Below, piece by piece: positions 53,304 to 64,000 of a stretch of DNA of 64,000 nucleotides. Position numbers and translations under genes: made by a program. This DNA is from Octopus vulgaris (taxonomy: Eukaryota): assembly GCA_951406725.2 (NCBI GenBank), contig OX597820.1, positions 41,292,001-41,356,000 of the forward strand. Direction: 5' to 3'. The notes beneath the pieces are model-generated. The model saw only the letters and a program-made list of their open reading frames with translations, was not told where the DNA came from and ran no database searches. Within the stretch, counting starts at the first letter, position 1, and each line of letters opens with the position of its first letter.

Positions 53304-54263
53304 CGACCAGACTAACAGATGTTGTTATACATGGGTTCCAATGCATATTTTATTAAGTCTAATTCGTATTCTTTCCTTCTCTTATTGTTCAACCGGTAGG
53401 TGGCGTGGCATAAACAAACCAACACCTGTATTCAAAGTGCGGCAAGAAGAAACAAGAAAATGAGCGCGCATACATACACACATATATCTATACATACATA
53501 AATTCATATATATATACATGTATACACTCACACACACACACACGTATGTATGTGATTGTGTGTGTGTGTATCTAATCTATGTATATGACAGATACCACTC
53601 GGTTTTTCTGTCTACCTAATTCATTCACAAAACATTTATCTGAAAGTCATTTCGCAACAAATATATCGCCAATAAGTTTGCAACCTTATAACGAAGTAAA
53701 TATTCTTAATTTTTTAATTGGCCAGTACTGAATCAGCAGAATTGGTATTACATATACAGTACTATATGTAATAATTATTTTCCTCTTCCAACTTGAGTTC
53801 AGACCCTAGCCAGAATGTTAAAATAAGTACCAGTCAAGAACAGGTGTCGATTAAATCATCGATAACCATTCCCGAAAATTTTTAGTGGGTGATTTGCTCA
53901 CATTTTAGATATCAATGTAAAGGAATGGTAAGACCTATTATTTAGTCATATCTGGCTAGATTCTGTGTCCAAATATCGCCATGTGATAAAATAATTAACG
54001 GCGATACGCTGAGTCAGGTCGGTAAAATAGAAAATCATGTGAGGTTATACTGGTGTGTCATCTGTCGAAGTGAGGACTAATGACTTAGGAGAGGAACTAC
54101 GTTGTATCAGTAACATCACCTATATACATCATATGTTATATCTATGTCATATTACATGATTATTATCCATGGTGGCAATAGAAACGCTTCCAAAGTTATT
54201 CATTTTATGACGCATAACTCTCTATTTTCAAATACGTATAAATGTTGTCTATGCCGAACTATT

Positions 54264-54469
54264 CACGCCGGGCAAAATACGTAGCCGTATTTCGACTGCT
54301 GTTACGTTCTGAGTTCAAATTCCGCCGAGGTCGACTTTGCTTTTCATCTTTTCGGGGTCGATAAATTAAGTACCAGTTACGCACTGGGGTCGATGTAATC
54401 GACTTAATTCGTTTGTCTGTCTTTGTTTGTCCCCTCTATGTTTAGCCCCTTGTGGGTAATAAAGAAACA

Positions 54470-54470
<1 letters not shown>
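54264..54470 (+). mobile_element. SINE family A, 5'-truncated, followed by (TATC)n
   Basis: Matches 60941 from CACGCCGGGC to GGGTAATAAAGAAA. Confidence 0.92.
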
Positions 54471-54557
<87 letters not shown>

Positions 54558-54657
54558 AGTCTGTCTATCTATCAATACACACACACATATATATGAATGT
54601 CGTATATATATATATATATATATACATCAACACACATACACACATATATGTATGTTG

Positions 54658-54772
<115 letters not shown>

Positions 54773-55427
54773 GAAGAAAAAGAACAGTAGACATAAACAC
54801 AAGGAGTTTCTTGCTGAAGGACAAGTTCAAAGACAATAACAACAACATCAATAATGATTGCTTCCTTCTTTAGAGCTGCGGCCATTGCTTTTATTTTGTC
54901 GCTGCTGCTGCTGCTGCTACTACTACTACTACTACTACTTCTACTACCGGAGAAAAGTCTTCCGATTAGAATAAGATTTTTCGTTCCAGTATCTCTGATA
55001 ATGTTACAACAACAGCATCACTCCACCTTCCACATTCAAGCTCCGTATAAAAGAAAAAAAAAAATTAGATAAAAATGCAATGAAAGTGAAAAGCCTAAAA
55101 AAAAAAAAAATATTGCATAGGACTCCAACTACAAGTTTTTGCTGAGTGAATTGATTGGTATTTTGTCATTGGCCCAGAAGGGGGAAGTATAGATAATGGT
55201 GTGTAGAGATGTGCCCATTGAATGTTTAAAAGATTATTCTGGAGTGACAGGACGATTAGAAAAAAATAAATAAATAAATGTAGGGCGATGTTAAATTATG
55301 TATATTCTTTTTTTTCTTTCTTTTTAACGTTTAGTTTGTTCAATGAAATAACAGTGCAGGGAGATTTTAAAGTAGTACAAATATATTGGCGCAGGAAGTG
55401 AATTCCTCTGCTCCTGAGTGAGTTAGT

Positions 55428-55660
<233 letters not shown>

Positions 55661-55764
55661 CATACAAACACAGAGGAGAAAGAGAGAGATAGTGAAGCAA
55701 AGAAGAGCGCCATAGAGATCATGAAAGAGAGGTAAAAGAGATAGGAGAGAGAGGGATAGAAAGA

Positions 55765-55801
<37 letters not shown>

Positions 55802-56553
55802 AGGGGGACTAGAAATAAGAAGTAAATTAAGTTAGCAATTTTTTTCCCGATTTTTTTTTTCAACCCATTTCAATCTTCCGTTTGTTTTACTGTCTTTTTT
55901 TTTTGTACAAAAATCTACTTTGTTACTTGTGATTCGTTTCTTTTCATTTAACTCTTTAACTTTTATTTTATCAAATCTCTCTCTCTCTCTCTCTCTCTCT
56001 CCCTCTGTCTATCTGTGCGTCTATCTGCATCACCCTCTCTCTATCTCTATCTCTCTTCCTCCGTCCCCTATCTTTATCTCGCTCTGTCTTGCTTTTTCTC
56101 TTTCTCCCCTTCTGACTACTTTTCCAATCCTTTTACTCTCCCATTTTATCAATATTTCTCTAAGATTTTTAACTTTTTAACTTTTTCTTAACATATACAC
56201 ATATACATAAACCTCACACACTCACACACATATACACACACAAAGTCACACACACACACTTACACACAGCCTCTCTCTCTCTCTCTCTCACTCACTTTCT
56301 TTTTCTTTCTCTTCTTTCACTTTCTTCGTAGTCTTTTCTTGCTCTTGTTACTGTTTCAATTCTTTATCTTCTTTTAACTTTCTGCCACATTCGGTTTCTC
56401 GCCCTTCACCCTACCCCCTCTCCTCTCTCTCTCTCTCGCATCCACTCTCTGACGCTCATCATTCTTATTTGTTCAAAAATTCTTCTTTGTATCTTTTTTT
56501 AAATATTTACTCACCTCTTTTAAACTGACATTTCTTCTCTCTCTCCCTCTCTT

Positions 56554-56598
<45 letters not shown>

Positions 56599-58402
56599 CT
56601 CTCTCTTTCTATCTCTGTGTTCCATCTCTTACTAACCTAAACTCTACACTTGTACATTTTCTCTAATTCTTCATTACCAACATTTCGTTACAAATTAAAA
56701 AGATATGAAACGAAAACTAACAAAAAAGGAAAAAAAAAAACTTCCTTTCCTCACATTTCCTCTATTTTAAAACTGAACTAACACAGCAAAGCATTTTTTA
56801 AAACTCCTCTCAGCATCTCCACGATTTTAAGCCATCATCACTACATGAGATGCTTGCCAGTATAATTTTCCATTGTGTATTTAAACATAGCTGTCAAAAT
56901 CTCCCGTTCGCTTCTCTTGCTTATGAGCCGTATCTCACAGATATATTTTTTATACGAGAAATAGTGAATAATAAGGTCGTTAATTACAGGTTTCCAGCAG
57001 GAAAATCAATGAGTAACTACATTTCTGATAGCCAGAATTACAAGCGCGTGCCTGTAAGTTGATATGATATGGTATGTCTGAAAGGTCTTCGTTCGTAGAA
57101 CAGCAGAATTTCGGTTTACTCACTGGTGTAAACATCGTTTATCGATATGCATTGGCAAATGTACATACACACACACACACCCGCACACACACATACACAC
57201 ACGTGGGCGCGCTTGCGTGTATATCAGTGATTGTGTAATCTAGAAGTCGTTGCTGGCCCAATCACATTGCACACCATCTTGGGGAAAAGTCTTCTACCAA
57301 AGTCTTGTGAGTGAAATCTGACAGACGGAAACTGCATTGAAACCTTGACTCTACCGCTCCGCGGCTGTTTTCACTCTCTATTTCCCTCCTACCAGCACTC
57401 CTTTACGAACATTGCAACTACCAAATCCTGTAATATACACTTTCTGCCAGACGCACAAGTTCTGAATTTGGATGTTGGTTAATCGGTTACATAGACCCAG
57501 TGCTTAACTGGTACATATCTCATTTTAAATCCTGCAATATTATATGACAGCAAGTTTTAGCTCGTACTTCAATCTTCTCTTGAAGTGATATTACATGCAA
57601 GTGGAGTTTTACAATAGAACTATCCGGTTCAATTTTTGCGAAAACTGGTGGGAGACCAAACAGCCACGCACATAGGAATCTACTAACCGCTCTAGTTAAT
57701 AATATTTCACGCACTTAATGTGAAATTAAGCGCGTTGACAAAATGTCATGTTGCTGAACACGACATCTTAAATATCTCTGCTAAACTAAAATTCTCAACA
57801 ATACTTAAGCCCTGTTTCATTTTGGCCTCAGCCACAATAACCCTCTCGACATCATTGAGGGGTAATACGTGGATACAGTTAAGGTTCATAATTACTGTTA
57901 GCCTAATCGCTCCTGATCCAACCAAACTCGTATTATGCCTTGACAGCATTTTTTTCTTTGCTGCTTGGTGTATGTACTAATAATTGCGGGAATAACTCAT
58001 TCAACTTCAGCAGGAGAATTTTTGCCACTATGTCTGTGATATCACATAAAAAATGTTAACAGTGGTGAGATTAATGAAAGTTCTCTGATCTTCACTCCTC
58101 CTCTGAGCAGCTTCTTTGAACTCTTAGTACATACATACATACATACATACATACATACATACATACATACATACATACATACATACATACATACATACAT
58201 AAATACATACATACACACACACACATACATTCATAGATACATACATACATACACACAAACACACACATGCATAAATACATACATACTAACAAGTTTGTCT
58301 ATGCTTATATGTATATGCGCAGGGATAATAGTTTTGGATATCTGTCCTTTAATGCGAAAAAGAAATGAAACATAGAAATGAATATTGACCCCTCAGAAAT
58401 GC

Positions 58403-58620
58403 TACTGTTTGGTGTTATTGTTTAGCCCAAGGTAATTTTTGCCTGAGCAGACTTATAGTCAAATGCTTTGCATGCATGACCAGTTCAGTCATTTTTCTGG
58501 AAAATAGGTGTCTAGGATTATATTATCAAATATGTTCTTCCTTTTTCAAGGCAATTATTTACAATTAGATACTGATTTGGTTTTAATTTCTTGGAGATCA
58601 TGAAATTAGGTATATAGACC
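58403..58620 (-). mobile_element. Old dispersed repeat family E
   Basis: TGTTATTGTTTAGCCCAAGGT...CCTGAGCAGAC...CATGACCA is the reverse complement of the family E 3' part (GGGTCTAAACAACA). Confidence 0.5.
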
Positions 58621-59129
58621 ATCGTCTTTCATTTTGATGTCGAGGTATTATAAATACGCATCTGTGTCGCTGTGTGTTTGTTTGTGTGAGATTTATGTAT
58701 GTTTTGATGAGCGTGCCTAGAAACTGAAACAGAAGAAGATGAAAAGAAAGAGAAATAAAGTTGATAGGCAATAAGAGAAGGTGTACAAATGGTAGCTAAA
58801 GAGAGCAACAAGCTACAGAAAGAGGGAGAGAGAAAAAAAGAGAGATACGCATACACAGAAAGAGGAAGAGAGGCAGAGGCAGAAAGAAAAGTAGAAAGAA
58901 CGTGTAAGGGGGACTAGAGACAGAGAGAGATACGTCACGTGATCAAACAAAAACAGTAGACGCCATATTCAATAAGCAATAGACTTGGTGCGTCTGTTAT
59001 ACTTTTATATGTCTAGTAATTTCATTTAGGTATTATATGTATATTAACAAAATTCCAGACAAATATTAGGAAAGTAATACTGTTTGTACATTGTTTACAA
59101 TGGCACAAAGCGTCACATTAAATCTCACT

Positions 59130-59198
<69 letters not shown>

Positions 59199-59304
59199 AT
59201 ATCTATCTGTTGGTCCGTTTTCCTTTTTCCTTCTGTCCTCTACACTCTGTCTACTTCTGCACGTGTTTATATATGTATGTATATACATATACGTAAATAT
59301 GTAT

Positions 59305-59349
<45 letters not shown>

Positions 59350-59357
59350 TATATAAA

Positions 59358-59395
<38 letters not shown>

Positions 59396-59633
59396 CGCAC
59401 ACGTATATATACTTACATATATGTATATATATATACTATATAATGTATATATATATATATATAAATATATATATATATACTTATATATAGACACACACAC
59501 ATACATGCATATATACTTATACGCTTGCACCCTCCCTCAGACACATATATATATATATGAGTTCATCCATGCAAATGTACATGCATGTTTACAGGCAACA
59601 ATTATGATTGTATGAGAGTATTGGGAAAGTGTT

Positions 59634-59686
<53 letters not shown>

Positions 59687-60141
59687 AACACACATACACA
59701 TGCTTGTTTATGATTATGTGTCTGTGAATGTGCAAATATCTCCGTGTGTATACAAGAGTGACAGAAATGTGATAATGGAGCTCCAATCGATAAAGGTTTC
59801 CAGCCTCTACCATTACATCCCACCTCCACTCCCACCCCCATCACAATCCCTGACCACATACTTTCTTCCACGTACAGATATACCAAAATGCCATTAAACC
59901 CATCAACACGATCAACATGAATTTATCACCAACACATCGCCATTTTCAGCTACAATAACCACATAACCATTATCAAGACTAACAACTCCATTAGCATCAT
60001 CTGTATTCCCCGTTCCTCACCAATTACTCCGGCACCATCACCACAGCCCTTCAGCCATAACCACATTATTACTACCACTGTCACCACGACCATTATTTAG
60101 TTCCTTACCATTACAAACCAACAACAACAACGATTACAATG

Positions 60142-60335
60142 CGGGAACCTGTACGTGGCCCATCGACATTCTAGAAATAGTAACTAAATTTTCTCATATC
60201 GATCGCGAAATCTTCTGAGAAAGAAGAACGCGTTGAACGAAATAGTCTCTGATATTTAAGAATGGGGTGGTCACCGTTGGAAATAAGATTTGCAAAAGGC
60301 CATTCTAATCAGGACAGACCTTGGTGTAAATAACA
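60142..60335 (+). mobile_element. Old dispersed repeat family E
   Basis: CTAGAAATAGTAACTAAAT...GTGGTCAC...ATCAGGACAGACCTTGGTGTAAATAAC. Confidence 0.5.
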
Positions 60336-60581
60336 TTGACAAAACCCATTACCGCCCTCAAAGAATTAGTAAGCCTCAACATTTCTGTTTAAACCTTCCA
60401 TGACAACCATCAACATAACCACTACCACCGTTCCGCCTCCTCTACTACTGTTACCACTTCATCCACCACCGTCATCACCACAAGTTCTACCACTACAATA
60501 CCATCCAAAATATCAATGTATCTCTGCCATTTAAACCCAATTGAAACAGCAGAATTGGAAATGGAACTTTTGGTACAAGTG

Positions 60582-60712
<131 letters not shown>

Positions 60713-60940
60713 AGCAACGGCGGTAATGTTGATGGTGCTGGTGAACTAGTGAGTGTCGGCGACGGAAGTGTTCGTTACTTTGGAAGAGAGAGACAACAAT
60801 GTATGAATAAAGTAAGGGATATTTTGGGGGTAAGTGTGGTCAAAGACAGATTGCTGCTACAACGGATGTTGTTTGCTGCCAGAATCATTGATAATGATGC
60901 AGGTGATATGCGTGTGTGCACGCAAGCATATATATATATT

Positions 60941-61173
60941 AAGGCGGCGAGCTGGCAGAAACGTTAGCACGCCGGGCGAAATGCGTGGCCGTATTTCGTC
61001 TGCCGTTACGTTCTGAGTTCAAATTCCGCCGAGGTCGACTTTGCCTTTCATCCTTTCGGGGTCGATAAATTAAGTACCAGTTGCGCACTGGGGTCGATGT
61101 AATCGACTTAATCCATTTGTCTGTCCTTGTTTGTCCTCTCTGTGTTTAGCCCCTTGTGGGTAGTAAAGAAATA
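60941..61173 (+). mobile_element. SINE family A, young full-length copy inserted in (TA)n
   Basis: Complete from AAGGCGGCGAGCTGGCAGAAACG to GTAGTAAAGAAATA, with (AT)n on both flanks. Confidence 0.94.
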
Positions 61174-61731
61174 TATATATATATGCGGGCGCGCGTGTTA
61201 GTAACCTTCTACAGTACCCACCAGCAACAACACTAGCCTAATGTGGCGTTAGTTGTGAAAAGACGTTGAGCAAGAATAGAGCGATGATTGTTGGATATTG
61301 TTGGATAGAAAAAAATGGCCGCTTAGAGAAGACAGAGAGAGAGAGAGATACAGAGAAGGAGGGAGGGAGGGAGGGAAATAAAGATGATAAGATAGGAAAT
61401 AAGCAGAGATATAGAGGAGGAAGACGGAGGAGAGATACGTTGAGATGAGATGAACGAGTGCAGCGAGCAATGGTTGAGAGAACTTGCCGATGGAAAAGAC
61501 TAGTCTGAAGGACAATGCTGTAAGGATAGAGGAAGTGCAGTAAAGCTGGATAAGACGAGAGATTATGACAGAAAAGATTTGGATAGCCTGGAATGATCCG
61601 GTGCTAAACAATACAGGGAAGTGAAGAAAAAGTGAAAGACGGCTGAAAGAGAAAGTGAAATATATAAAAGAAGGTCATACAGAAATGTTTGGAGAATAAG
61701 GTGAAGAGAGTAATAGACTACGAAGAAGGGA

Positions 61732-61772
<41 letters not shown>

Positions 61773-61786
61773 ACAGAGAGAGAGAC

Positions 61787-61866
<80 letters not shown>

Positions 61867-62016
61867 CCAGACAGAGTAAACTCAAGTGGAGGGAAAGAGT
61901 TAATCAATATATAGATAAATATAAAAAAAAGGAGGGAAGGAAAAGGGGAGAAAGATAATATGAAAGAAATAAGGTACAACAGACAGGAAGAAAGAGACAG
62001 TAAAAGGAAGTAAAGG

Positions 62017-62047
<31 letters not shown>

Positions 62048-62254
62048 TGTATGTATGTTTGTATGTATATATGTACATATGTATGCATATATGTATGGCT
62101 GTGTGTGTATGTATATACATATATGTGCGTGCGTGTGTGTGCATACATACATATATGCATCCATGCATACGCATATATATACGCACACAAACACACACAC
62201 ACACACACATATATATACACACATAAACAAAAATAGAAATGATAAGGAATATAA

Positions 62255-62305
<51 letters not shown>

Positions 62306-62366
62306 TACGTATACATAAAAATCTATATACATAAACACGTATATACAAAGATGCGTACATACACAA

Positions 62367-62428
62367 GCACGCACACGAGACCCATACAGACACACGCACG
62401 CACACGAGACCCATACAGACACACGCAC
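62367..62428. repeat. 29-bp tandem duplication
   Basis: GCACGCACACGAGACCCATACAGACACAC at 62367 and 62396. Confidence 0.9.
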
Positions 62429-63095
62429 ACATACACATATGGAAGAGAGATAGAGAGAGGGAAAGAGAAAATGAGAGAGTGAGATAGGGGTGTAGAAGTG
62501 AGAACAGACGTGAAGGAAAAGAAGGAAGAATTAACTTTCAGAAGAGAAAGAGAGAATAAGAAAACAAGATCTAAACAATAAAAAAAATAAACAGAAAATA
62601 AAACAAAATAGTAAACAAGGTAACACAAGCAAACAAGATAGCCATGCTAGAAAGAAAAGAAGGAAGGAAGGAAGGAAGGAAGAAAGAATGAAAGAAAAGA
62701 CGAAAGAAAGAAAGAAAGAAAGAGGCAAAGAATAAAAAAAATGGTAAAGAACTAAAACAGGTTTTATCTGCGAATCTGTGAAAGACAGAGGGATCAAGAA
62801 AGTTAGAGCAAAATAGAGCAAAAACTGAAGGATGTATTTTCCAGAGAATATCTGAGTCGGTGGAACATCCGTCAAAGTCGCTGACTGGGCTCAGATGGGA
62901 TTGGGGATAAAGACAAGTAATGTGCAGGGAGTTAAGGTTTTGAGTCTGCATTACGCAGAGCACATACATTCTCATACAGATACATACATACATACATAAA
63001 TATAAACACACACACACACATATATATATATAAACATATATATATAAAAATTATATATATATATATATATACATATAAGCATATATATATTATAT

Positions 63096-63186
<91 letters not shown>

Positions 63187-63332
63187 TATACATATATGTA
63201 TGTATGTATTTGTGTATGTTTTTATGTATGCATATAAACTTATACATATATTTGTGTGTGCATTTGATGAATATAAATGTATATACATACACATAGATAC
63301 ACAGGCAAACACACACACACACACACACACAC

Positions 63333-63382
<50 letters not shown>

Positions 63383-63597
63383 ATGTATGTATGTATATAT
63401 ATTTATTTATATATATGCATACATATGGAGAGTAATATATGGGCTGGTGATGATGTCGGACTGTGAAATAAGATAGAAGAGGACGGCATCGGCTGCTCAT
63501 TTTGAATTCAAAGACCTGAGGTGAATTTCGTGCATAGGTTATAAGCTTCAACTTGTCTCTTGATGAGAAAGCAATGTTTACTTCAATACGTGTGTGT

Positions 63598-63654
<57 letters not shown>

Positions 63655-63813
63655 GAAACGGGGTTTTAGCTTGTGTGTGTGTGTTTGTGAGATACGAGGT
63701 TTTAGTCGTATAATATATGTGTATATGTCGATATATTGCTGTGTGTAAGAGAGATAGATAAATGAAGAGAGAATGAAGGGGAGGAGAGAGAAAGAAAATA
63801 AAGGGCAAGAAAC

Positions 63814-63858
<45 letters not shown>

Positions 63859-64000
63859 AAGAGTCAGAGAAACTGTTTGTCAGTAAGCAATGTGCATCTG
63901 ACAGGAATGGATTTAGCACATATGCATATTCATGTTTATATATGTCTGCCAGTCTGCCTGTATGTGTGCATACATGTATATATCCGTGTATTTATAAATG

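Noticed and set aside
58932-58943. Overlapping CRE/E-box ACGTCACGTGAT (also GC box at 14563 and YY1-like AGATGGCGGC at 42774)
   Set aside because: Isolated short motifs expected by chance or carried by a repeat; no promoter context demonstrated.

Overview
Very AT-rich, microsatellite-saturated eukaryotic non-coding DNA. The repeat content (several tRNA-derived SINE families, one carrying an internal microsatellite, plus long (TA)n, (TATG)n, (TAGA)n and (TAA)n tracts) fits an octopod cephalopod (Octopus-type) genome, probably a large intron or intergenic region; this is inferred from the repeat style only. I can support no intact protein-coding gene, and nearly all listed ORFs are microsatellite artefacts. 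Supported features: about 35 SINE copies or fragments in five groups (called A, B, B', C, D here), several with clear target-site duplications; a decayed DD37D (maT-type) Tc1/mariner transposase with one terminal repeat; an RTE-clade LINE ORF2 C-terminal fragment; a hAT/Charlie-like MITE; a TA-flanked MITE; and three further long foldback elements. The most interesting observation is that two foldback elements carry outward-facing, hammerhead-ribozyme-like motifs in their arms, and a third minimal hammerhead-like motif stands alone at 24.4 kb. This suggests non-autonomous Penelope-like or retrozyme-type remnants rather than ordinary MITEs. Also notable are B-head/C-body chimeric SINEs, dense inverted SINE clusters that could form dsRNA, and a spacer-less (TAA)n/(TTA)n palindrome. 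All alignments were done by eye, so boundaries of degenerate copies are approximate.
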